Positions 37,175 through 49,740 of a stretch of DNA of 64,000 nt are shown piece by piece (within the stretch, counting starts at the first letter, position 1; every line of letters begins with the position of its first letter). Origin of the DNA: Octopus sinensis. Its lineage: Eukaryota. The DNA is taken from NCBI RefSeq assembly GCF_006345805.1, contig NC_043003.1:105400001-105464000 (forward strand). The letters run 5' to 3'. Made by a program: the position numbers and the translations under genes. The notes under the pieces were generated by a model, which was not told where the DNA came from, searched no databases, and saw only the letters and a program-made list of their open reading frames with translations.

Positions 37175-38406
37175 CACACACACACACACACATACACAAA
37201 GAAAACAGAAAATGGAGAAGTACTGATTAACAGCAATTGACTTACATCAATTATTTAATTCAATGCAAATAGACTGCATCCCATCTAACAGCTGTTTCTG
37301 CTTCCAGTGTTATATGGTTTTGCCATTGATATTCAAAATATGTAAAAATATTAATCATATTTGATAATAGAACCAATCTGAAACAAGGAGCATCATATGA
37401 TTAATATTTTTACATATTTTGAATATCAATGGCAATACCATATAACACTGGAAGCAGAAACAGCTGTTAGATGGGATGCAGTCTATTTGCATTGAACTAA
37501 TAAATAATAATTGATGTAAGTCAACTGTTGTTCATCAGTACTTCTTCATTTTTTGTTTCTTGATAAACTCATGTTTATCCTTGTCTTTACCTATAACTTA
37601 TGAACATATGTTCGTATATGTATGCCCATGGTTAAACATAGGTAACATACCAATAGTGTAATGGATACTTCTATCCCTTAGTTATTTTTAACTTCTAACT
37701 CAACTAACCTATATATGTATATAGATAGATGTAAGAATTTACTGTGGTCAAGGCTGTATGGCATTTGATTATAAATAAATAAGATAAAAAATACACCAAT
37801 GAATGAAAAATATGTAAACGCACGAGAGAAAAGTACAGGACAAAGTAGCAAAAGAAGATAACTCCCACATCAGTTATCAGACAAGTAATAAACAGTCTGA
37901 CAACTGATGAGTGAGTTGTCTTCTTTTGCTACTTTGTCCTCTACTCTTCTCTCTTGTGTTTACATATTTTTCACTCGTTGTTGATGTCCTATACACAATG
38001 TGTATTTTTTAAATTTTATATATATTTAATAATTAGGGTTCAGCAAAGATTTGCTTTACCACATACCGAAGTTTAGAAATAGCAGCCAAAACCTTAGCTA
38101 TTTCTTCTACTTTAAAAAGGGACTCCCGGAGAAACCAAAATACTTGAAAACAATCCATGACCAGATATTGATTGATTTTCATTACTTTCCTCTGCCTATG
38201 TGGATTGTTTTCAAATATTTTGGTTAGCTAAGGTTTTGGCTGCTATTTCTAAACTTCGGATTGTGGTAAAGCAAATCTTTGCTGAAGCCTAATTATTAAG
38301 TATTATTTAAGTTTACCGTGAAATGGTCCTTTTTTCATGCTGAATTCTACTTGGTGAAATTATTGATTACCTCTTAATTAATTAATTTTACCCTTTGTTA
38401 TTATTG

Positions 38407-38447
<41 letters not shown>

Positions 38448-41400
38448 TACATACAAGGTGGCCAGGCCAAATTTGACAGTTTACATAAAAATAAAAGAAA
38501 ACATAAAATCCCATCCACAGATAAAAGTATTTTAAAAAATCAAAAAAACATTAACTAGGTTATGGCTGAGAGATAACAGTTTACTCAGAAGCTGCCCTCA
38601 ACTTCCACCATGGCCTTAACCCTTTCGTTACCAAACCGCCCAAAGCCGCCCGAAAAAAATTTTGGTTTATGAAACCAAACCGCCCAAATTTACCTATTCA
38701 TATTTAAATGAGAATATCAGAGCAAATCTCTTCAGTACATTCGTGAAAACACGTATTATACTTCGTAAACAGTTCAACTACAGTTTTGTACAATAATCGA
38801 AGTGTAATTTTAATTCCGTGAATTTTGGGAGATTTTTTTCCGAAATTTGTTCCTATTGTGTTTTCAAAATTTGTAATTCTGACAAAAAATGGATACGAAT
38901 TTCATTATATCAAGCAGCGAGTCAGAATTCGAAGGATTTTCTACTGAAGACCTTCATAAATCTAACTCTATGACTGAAAAAAAAAAGCACATGGTATTTG
39001 ATAATGAATTTGATGTTTCATTTTCCGAAAGTGAAAACAGTGAATCTGAGATCTCCGATAGCGATAAAGAAAACGAATTGGCACCTGAATGGAGTGAAAA
39101 TTTAAAAACTGTTTCTTTCGGTGATTTTTCTGCAGAAACTGGACCAAGCCACAGACTTTCCCAGAAGGGTAAAGCCTTAGGCTATTTCTATTTACTTTTT
39201 CGAATGAGCCTATTTGAAATCATTACAGCGAAAACGAACCGTTACGCTAAACGTAAACAAAACGAAAGAAAGGATAGTTTGTTATTTCCCACAACCTTAA
39301 ATGAAATTAAGACTATTTTGCCATAAATATTATTATGGGTATCAGAAAGTTACCCAGAATAACAAATTCTATCGTAAAATTTTGTTGTATACCCAATTGA
39401 ATATTAGCTAATATTTTCTATAGCGATGTTTGAACAAAATTTTAATAATTTTATATTTTGTGGAATTTACCTGTATCTACCTGCAAATAGAGTCACTTTG
39501 TGACAAAAATTATAGTATAGAATTGGTTGAGAATATTTCATTAAATTATCTTCCAAAAATCAGATTAATATATCGATAAATAAAAAAGTTATAGTTGTTT
39601 AATGAAACCAGACTAAATTTATGATTACGTTAGAAATTAATTGAAACACATAAGGGGTGTAATTTGGTCAGAAATATAGTAACGAAAGGGTTAAGATGGC
39701 TCAGAAATCTGGTGCATACATTTCTCACTCTGTGCCTGGGAAGATATTCAAACACTTCCTTGATCTTGGCTACCAGCAGGCAGAGCGATTGGTGTTTTTC
39801 TCAACCGTGCCCCACACATAGTAATCCATGGGATTGCAATCAGAGTAATTGGGAGGGGGGGTGCAGAAGCAGGGGCGTGTGAAGCCTTAGAAATTCTCCA
39901 ACAACCACTTCTGACTCTTTCTAATGGTAATGCAAAGAGCCACACATATGGCCTTCCAGCAGCAACCCTCTCCAATCAGGGGCTTGACCACAATCTCCAG
40001 CAGATTGACATAATGGCCTGAATTGAGCCTAAGACCCTGTTCAAAGACGTAGGGATGAATTCCATCATTTGGGTGCAGTGAGAACGCCTTCTGTGTCCCT
40101 TCCTGCTGCCCATGGCTTCTTAGTCTCTGTTGCAGCTGTCCATGTCATGTCCTACAGCCGTTACAGTGTCCAGAGCATTGAGCAGCAGTCATCCTCATCA
40201 TTTAACATCTATTTTCCATGCTGGTATGGGTTGGACAGTTTGACTGGAGCTGGCAAAGCCAGGAGCTACACCTGGTTCCATTGTCTGTTTTGGCATGGTT
40301 TCTGCAGTTGGATGGCCTTCCTAGTGCCATCCACTTTATAGAGTGTATTGGGTACTTTGTATGTGGTTCCAGTAGTAGCAGGGTCACCAAGTACCTTGCA
40401 ACTGGGAGTTGGGGAAGTAGAATTAAGGGGCTGTGGCTTTGTGCCAGTTTAAAGATTTAAGGTATAGAAGATATAGGTGTCTTGCTGCAGAGTTGATTCT
40501 TGGCCACCCCAGTTGGAAAATAAAGGAGAGTGAAATGAAGAGAGTGGTAGTGAGAGAGATGATGGTGGGGATGTTTCAGGACATGCCCTCAAGGGACATT
40601 GGGGATGGCAAAGATAGGGGAGGTGACATGGAAACTTGGGCTGGGAGTGTGGGCAGGATGAAGTGACTAGCAAAAGAGAAATATAAGAGAGGTTTGGGGG
40701 CAAGGGTTGCATCACATATGTAAGGATGTTGAGGGTGATAGCAAGAAAGTGAGGAGTGGATGACAGAGAGCAGCACAGAGAAGGGAGGTGTTGTGTGGAC
40801 GCCCCCAGACGACGAAGTAGGCTAGCCTAATACATAGATATAGAGGGAGAAGTCTAGACGTCTGGAATTGAGTAGCAGTCATAGTAGACTAGAACAGAGA
40901 AGAGTAGTAGAATTGAGTAGTAGAAGGCACCCGAACGTGTGACATAACAGGGAGAGAAGGCGCCAGAAGGAGGTGATTGGTGGGAACAGTAGGAGGGTGG
41001 GTGGGCAAGGTAACTGAGAAAACCAGGGAGTGTAGTATGTACCTATTCTGTTCTCAGGTGATTGAGGAAGTGATGAGTGTTAAGGGATGAAATGTGGGTG
41101 GTGGCAGAAGAAGGTTGATGTTGATCTGTTAGAGATCTGTTTATTATTAGGCAGCATGGGTACTTCAGCTGTAGTTTGCAGGCAGGGGACATGCCAGTGT
41201 CTGCAACAGAAGTTTTGGCTCTCAAACATGCTACAAGGCAAGGCCTGTGTTTAGCAGTCTTTTACTAAGACATACTCTCAACCTAGAAATAGGTGCCATC
41301 TTTGGTAAGGGGCATCGTATCTATATAGGGGTTAAGCAGTCTGATGGTAAATAACATGTCCAGAGAAAAATATTACTTTCATTCATTTATTTAAGATAAT

Positions 41401-44400
41401 AATACTATTATTATTATTATTAATTTCAATATTATTGTAGAACTTACTAAAAAGAAAACGCAAAAGCAACAGAAAGGTAAGAATTTTTAATGCTTTCTTT
41501 TATGAGTCTCTCATTTTGACCCTCTGGCATTTAAACTGGCCAGATCCAGCCTCTCACTTCTATCCTACAATGTCAGTCTAAAAACAAACAATCAAGTCGT
41601 TGAAATCTTGAAGCTACGAGACAGTGCAGAGCATTACACTTGACAGAATCACCTGAATGGGTAGCTTCTCCCTTCCATAACTGCTTTTGGAAATTGGTCT
41701 CAAGAAAAATCTATTAAGATAATGTAGAGTTTGGAGTTGCTAAAAGAAAGCAGGAGAAATGAACCATTCAAAAGAAGTCTTGTCACGATTGTCAGAAATA
41801 AGCCTATCAAGTTTCTGCAAGTGTGTTTTAGATTCTGGTATCAATGTCAGATTATCCTATCAGAATAGGATAATCTGTAGCCACAGAGAGGAGGATATGC
41901 ACATTCACCAAATCGTGACCCTTTAGTATTTAAACCAGCCATAATCGGTCAAAATATTTAACTTGTTTTATGTTCAGATCGGCCAGATCTGGCCTCTTGC
42001 ACCTCCTCTACAATGTCATTTCAAAAATAAACACTGACATCATTGAGTCTCAAAGCTATGGAGATAATGCGTGATGTAAAACAATGTGAATAAATAAACA
42101 TTACATTTAACAGCATAATCAAATGCTAAAAGGTTAAAGCTATAATGCTACAGAGCTGATGCTTAATAAGGTCAGTAGGCCTTTGTAGTCCCATGTCTTT
42201 TGGAATGTAATAGAAAGTTGGAACCAGTTTGGCTTTATTATTTTGTAATTTACGTCAGATATTTGTCAGTCTCATTCATAACAAACTGAAGCCATTGTGC
42301 CATAGTAACAATTGTGTTAATTGGTTTTATGCTATGAATATGTTTTTTTTTTCTTTCTTTCAGAAGCAACAACTCCTACACCAAAGACTGGGCAAACCAA
42401 TGCTTTAAAAGGTAAACAATTTTGTTGTTGTTAGATAATTTTAAATGTTAATGTTGCTTCTACATGTTGTGCCTAATTAGCACAAACGTCTTCGATGCAA
42501 CGGCTTCCACACTTTAGTGTTTTCTTTGTTGTTTTTCCTTTATAGAAAATGGGAAAAATAAGAAACATAATACCAGTGGAGGAAATGTGACAGATGGATC
42601 TACTGGAGAAGGTAGAATAATATTTAGCTACTGAAATATATATTGCTGCTTTAGAATTTTAATTTAATTTGCATTAAAAGAAAGCAAAACAAAAGTTCTA
42701 AGAAATTGATGGCATCAGTAAATTACTTCTAATTCAAGCCCCATTAATCAGGTTATCATCTCATTTGGTGCCTTAACCAGTTTGTTCTTATCTCATTTAT
42801 GTTGGCTGTGTGGTAAGTAGCTTGCTTACCAACCATTTGGTTCCGGGTTCAGTCCCACTGCGTGGCACCTTGGGCCGACCAAAGCCTTGTGAGCGGATTT
42901 GGTAGACGGAAACTGAAAGAAGCCTGTCGTATATATACATCATCATCATCCTCATTTAACGTCCGCTTTCCATGCTAGCATGGGTTGGACGGTTCAACTG
43001 GAGTCTGGGGAGCCCGAAGGCTGCACCAGGCCAGTCAGATCTGGCAGTGTTTCTACAGCTGGATGCCCTTCCTAACGCCAACCACTCCGAGAGTGTATAC
43101 ATATATGTGTGTATATGTTTGTATGGCTGTTTGTCACCCCAACATTGCTTGTCATCCAATGCTGGTGATTACGTCCCTGTAACTTAGTGGTTCAGCCTAA
43201 GAGACCGACAGAATAAGTACTAGGCTTACAAAGAATAAGTCCTGAGGTCTAAAGGTGGTGCTCCAGCATGGCCACAGTCAAATGACTGGAACAAGTAAAA
43301 GAATAAAAATCCACCCCCACTCCAGAACCAATTCTATTCCTCCTCATCTTCCTTCAGCCCTCTGCTCTTTCCCCTCTCCTATACTCAATCCTTAACACCT
43401 CCAGTCCTCTGTATCACTTCACCTATATTCCCTCCTGCTCTGTACCTTGAGGGTGTGTCCTAATACACATCCATCACTCTCTCTCTTAGCCTTTCTCTCT
43501 CTCCCTGCTTCTCCAACTGGGCTGTCCTTGTAGATAGGTGCCTTGTAACAAGGCACCTATTTCTGTTTCCCTCTGTTATTCTTTTAACTTCTCATCAACT
43601 GGCACAAAGCTACCTCCCTCAATATTGCTCCCACCCCTCACCCTCACTCGAGGGAACTTTGTTTTGTCTTGCAAGATTTTTTGGTGACCTTGCTGGGTAC
43701 CACATAAAAAACATCTAGAACTCTTTGTAAAATGTTTGGTATTAGGAAGGGCATCCAACCATAGAAACCATGTCTAAACAGACAATTGGAGCTTGATGCA
43801 GGCTTTTGATTTGCCAGCCTTTGTCAAACTGTCTGACCTGTGCCAGCAAGGAAAATGGATGTTAGATGGTGTTGATGACGATGTCCTGAGAAATATCAGA
43901 CCAAGAACGGTTGGTTAAATTCTGTTATGACATCTTAAGGTACAAATAAAATTGAGGATTGATGAGAAAACTCACTAAAGACACCTTAGATATTCACTTG
44001 GGGCTCAACTGTATAATGTGTTTATTTTGTATAAAGAATACAACATATTAACCCTTTTGTTACCAACCCAGCTGAAACCACTTCTGGCTCTGAGTACAAA
44101 TGTCTTGATTTCATAAGTTTTGAATTAAAATCTTCCACCAAACCTTACTCACAATTTATGTTCCTAACACTAGCTGTTATTTTACTAAATTCTTTGTTAT
44201 ATTTAGAATTAATTGAAAGAAACACAGAACATTTCAACAGAAATACAGTAACAAAAGGGTTAAGATCCACTGAAATTCTTAGCCATGCGATCTCCTTTCT
44301 GCTGCTCTGGGAATATTTATCAACAAACTGTATAGTGTGGGAAAAAAGCATTCATCGTCATCATCATGTCGCTTCTACATGTGTGTCTGATTAGCACAAG

Positions 44401-47400
44401 CATCTTTGATGCAACAGCTTCCATATTTTACTGTTTTCTTTTGTTGTTTTTGCTTTATAGAAAATGGGAAAAATAAGAAACATAATAGCAGTGGAGGAAA
44501 CGTGACACACACGGCAGTTTCATGTTTTTTTGTGTGTGCAAATTTGTGTATGTGGTGCTCCCTAGCAGATTACTAACGCAAGGGAGGATAATCATTCCTT
44601 CAACGTCTTTGGCGGAATTAGAAGATGGAATCAGAAAGTTAGCATTAAGGAAAATAATGCATTGGATCTGCATATTTATTTGATTTGTTGGTTTCTTGAT
44701 GTGAAATAATGTTCATATGAGTTGTTATAATGTTTCTGAATTGCTTGTTATCATTGTTCTATTCAGCAGAAATACACTTGTTGCTAACAATCATTGTAGA
44801 CTCAGTCAGTCAACAAATAAACTTCACGAGGTTTTGCAATGTTGTGAGAGAACATCCCTGTTATTATTTTTTATTTTTTTATTAGCGTTCAACTCAATCA
44901 CTTTGCCTGCATCAAATGGAATTTGGCAAGATCTGCTACCAAGATCCCATTCCATTATTTCTTTTGTTTGAGCCTGGTGCAGCCTACTGGCTTGCCAGTC
45001 CCCAATCAAACTGTCCAACCCATGCCAACATGGAAAACGGACGTTAAACAATGATGATGATGATGATTTTCTTATGCAATCCCATACTGTGTCATCCTGT
45101 ACCTTCCTAGAACTTTTTTGTCAGTCATTGTGATTATTATTGTTATCATTATTGTTATTATTATGATTTAATTTCAATATCATTGTAGAACCTGTTAAAA
45201 AGAAGACAAAACACAAGCAACCGAAAGGTAAGGTTTTCTTCTCCGTCTAATTTCATATCCTTTCATATTCATAATTGCTTTTGAAAATTAACTTCATCTG
45301 ATATTTGGGTCTCGGAATATATCTAATGAGTTCACAAATGGAGTTTGCTGCAGTTGCAGTGGAACAAGTGACTGAATACATTAAAAGAATCAATTTTTAT
45401 TAGTTAACTATTTGTCAGAAATGTGTTTGTGGAGGCACATGGCCTAGTGGTTAGAGCAGTGGACTCGCAGTCGAGGGATCGTGGGTTCGAATCTCAGACC
45501 GGGCGATGTGTGTGTTTATGAGCAAAACACCTAAGCTCAGAAGGTCATGGCGAAACTTCTGCTGACTCTTTCGCCACAACTTTCCTCCTGCATCTTGCAG
45601 CTCACCTGTGACGGACCAGCGTCCCATCCAGGTGGGGAACCTATATGCCAAGAAACCGGGAAACCGGCCCTAATGAGCCAGGTGTGGCAAGAGAACAGAA
45701 ATGTTTGCTTGCTTGCAGGTCGAGAGTGCCAGTATTTCTGGATCCAGTTGGCAATTAGTTTGTTGAAAGCTGCATATAATAAGTAGACAACACCAAACAA
45801 ACATGTAAACAGGATTTGTTATACCACACTTGGCATAAAAAAGATGTTCACACGTCATCATATATATATTTAGAATCAGCAAGATGAAAATAGTTTAATA
45901 CAACATGCTAAAAACTGCCTATCCAAAATTTAACACTGGGACTGGTTCTGGGTTTAACATAATGAATGTGTGTGTGTGTGGTGTCATGTCTGAAAGGAGT
46001 GTGTGTTCATAATGTACTCAAGAACATGCTGAATTTGGTGCTGAAAAGGGCTATTTATAAGTTATGTTTGACCCTTTCGTTACCAACCTGGCTGAAACTG
46101 CCTCTGGCTCTGAGTATAAATGTCTTGTTTTCATAAGTGTTGAATTAAAATCTTCCACCAAACCTTAGTCACAATTTATATTCCTAACACTAGCTTAATG
46201 ATAACTAAGTTATTTTACTAAATTCTTTGTTATATTTAAAGTAATTTCAAGAAACACAGAATCTCAAAATAAATACATTAACGAAAGGGATAAGGAAACT
46301 TCTAGAACAATCTGGAGAAGCCGTCTTGTGGACACTGGCCACTGGTAGGGCAATAGCTTGGCTGCACACCTGATCAAGCCATTGCTGTGTCATGACATGA
46401 AAGTCATAATATGGCAATGCAAGTTCACATCCTGCTACCAGTTCATCTACAATTTGTGAGAGATTGTTTTAGATTTTGTTAGCTGAATGTTTTAGGATTC
46501 CATGTAAAAGAAGAATATTTATGTGCTCAAAGGTGGTGGCCACAGCAGCATCTTTAAAGCTCCATTGCAACAGCATTGAGGCTTAGTAAGCAGTGATTGG
46601 TGAGCATTTTGTAAAATATTTATTTCTTTACTACCCACAAGGGGCTAAACACAGAGGGGACAAACAAGGACAGACAAAGGGATTAAGTCGATTACATCAA
46701 CCCAGTGTGAAACTGGTACTTTATTTATCGACCCTGAGATGATGAAAGGCAAAGTCGACCTTGGTGGAATTTGAACTCAGAATGTAACGACAGACGAAAT
46801 ACTGCTAAGCATTTCGCCCAGCGTGCTAACATTTCTGCCAGCTCGCCGCCTTTATAAAATATTGTCATCTCGTGTGCTGTGGATTGTAATGCAGTGTAGG
46901 AACAGATCCGACATATTTAGTTTGTAGGTGACCAAATTAAATATTTGTCTGGCTCTAGTTCTACTTGCTTGCTTCAGATGGTTGAATCTAGTATTCCATG
47001 GCAATAATTATGATAATTGGTGGTTTTTATGCTATAAATAAGTTTCTTTTCTGTTTCAGAAGAAACAACAACTACAGCAAAAGCTGGGCAAAACAATACC
47101 TCGTCAGCTTCAAAAGGTAAACAGTTTTATTTCTGTTAAATAACTTTAGATATTAACATTTGAAGCATTTGTGTCTAAATAGCAGAAACATCTTTGGTAT
47201 GACAATTTTCCATCTTTTATTTTTTCTTTGTAGAAAATGGTAAAAAGAAGAAATCCAATAACAGCGGAGAAACTTTGCAAAACGGATCTGCTGGAGAAGG
47301 TAGAAAACTTATTGAAATATTTTGTTGCTGTTTTAGAATTTTGATTTAGAATACATTAAAAGAAAAATATCAAATCAAAAACTCTAGATAAATTGTAGTT

Positions 47401-49679
47401 TTCTTTAAGATGGCCTTCAATTTGTATATCATTAAGTAAGAGCCAGCTCTGTCTGCAACATTTGACCTCTTGTTACTCTTTCTATATAAGGCAGTCCTCA
47501 ATTTCTAGGGCAAAGAGCACTCCTCTTATGTGAGATTGATGGAATTATGTCACTTTCTGATGATATATTTGTAAGAGGCAGCTCGAAGGCAATATGTGAA
47601 GTATTAGATTGTATAGTTAGATAACTTGTCCAGTGAAATATGTTTTCCTTTAAAACAACAAAATAGCAAAGGCAGAGAGCTTCTTGCAAAAAGGAAAAGT
47701 TTAAAAAGTATTTCAGGTGAATGGAGTAAAGAAGTGTGAATATGTGCAGAACCATTGATGTTGATTGTTGAGTGCAGACGGGTTGGTACTGTATAGACTC
47801 ACATTTCTTGACTACATTCACTCCTGACAATGGGCCTTTACACCTGAAATATATGAAGTTTAATGAAGTTGTCCCTTTTAGCATTGTAAGAAGCTCTCTG
47901 CCTTCGTTATTTTGTTATTCTACTTCTTTATCATATTGCTCCAAGGTGGCTGTCCTGCTCTTCTTTCTTAGCTTTGCTTATTTATAATATTATTCTTCAT
48001 TTCAATATCATTGTAGAACCTGTTAAAAAGAAGAAAAAACACAAGCAACAGAAAGGTGAGATTGCTCTTCCATTTCTAATTTGATGTCTGGTATCTTAAA
48101 AGTTTTCATGTTTTTTCACACCTGTTATGAGTTGGTATGGTTTGCTGCAGTTGATGGGAAAGATTTAAAAAGAAAAAAAACTCAAATTTTTGTTTGGTTA
48201 CGATTATCAGAAGTGAGTTCATCATCATCGTTTAACGTCCACTTTCCATGCTAGCATGGGTTGGACGATTTGACTGAGGACTGGTGAACGAGATGGCTGC
48301 ACCAGGCTCCAATCTGATCTGGCAGAGTTTCTACAGCTGGATGCCCTTCCTAATGCAACCACTCCGAGAGTGTAGTGGGTGCTTTTATGTGCCACTGGCA
48401 TGAGGGCCAGTCTGGCGGTACTGGCAACGGCCATGCTGAAATGGTGTCTTTAAAGTGCCACCTGCATAGGAGTCAGTCCAGCGGCACTGGCAACGACCTT
48501 GTTCGAATGTTATGTTCACATGCCACAGGCACAAGTGCTAGTAAGGTGACGCTGGTAACGATCACGCTCAAATGGTGCTTTTTACGTGCCATCAGCACGG
48601 AAGCCAAACAGCTGCTCTGGCAGTGATCCCGCTCGGATGGAGCTGTTTGCGCTCCACTGGCACGGGTGCGAGTCATTGAATTTGGTTCAATTTCAATTTC
48701 CCCACATCTATAATTTCTGAGAATAGTTTTAGATTTTCTTATCTAACTGTAATAGGATTTCATCTGAATATGGATCTTGCTCACAGCATATAAGGGAAGG
48801 ACCTGCACACTCCGCAAAATGCTAGCCCCGACATCTCTCAAACATTGCTGAGAATTAATAAGCAACAACTGATGAACATTCTGTAAATCATTATAGTCTT
48901 GTATTTTGCACAAATAATAGAAAGTTACAACAAATTTGTTTTACATATTTCATTTGTTGGTTACCGATGAAATACTGTCAGGTTATAATTCTACTCATTC
49001 ATAACAAACTGAAGCCATTGTGCCATAGTAACAATTGTGTTAATTGGTTTTATGCTATAAATATGTTTTTTTTCCTTTCTTTCAGAAGAAACAACTCCTA
49101 CACCAAAGACTGGGCAAAACAATGCTTTAAAAGGTAAACAATTTTGTTGTTGTTGTTAGATAATTTTAAATGTTAATGTTGCTTCTACATGTTGTGCCTA
49201 ATTAGCACAAACGTCTTCGATGCAACAGCTTCCACACTTTAGTGTTTTCTTTGTTGTTTTTCCTTTATAGAAAGTGGGAAAAATAAGAAACATAATACCA
49301 GTGGAGGAAATGTGACAGATGGATCTACTGAAATATATATTGCTGCTTTAGAATTTTAATTAAGAGAAAAAATGCAGCAAAATGAAAGCTCTAAAAAGTT
49401 GCTAAAAGTTATCATTAAGCTAGTGTAGAATTTGAATACCTTCAAGTAAATTGTATTTGATCCATCTGTGGACTTTGTGTCAGCTATCAAATAGTCTTTG
49501 ATTCATTATGAAATGGTCCAAAGCATTCTCTTATTTGATTTAATCACTTGCCTCTCAGCCAAATTTTCATTTTAATCCTTCTTTCACTTTTCTGTGCTAA
49601 TGTGTGTGTGTGTGTGTGTGTGCATCACAATATTGTCGCAAGATTTAGTTTTTTTCTCATCTCATCTTTACACAAGGTA

Positions 49680-49740
<61 letters not shown>

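Noticed and set aside
45431-45505. Functional tRNA gene
   Set aside because: A/B boxes are present, but it continues into a SINE body repeated at 4820-5095 and I could not fold a complete cloverleaf
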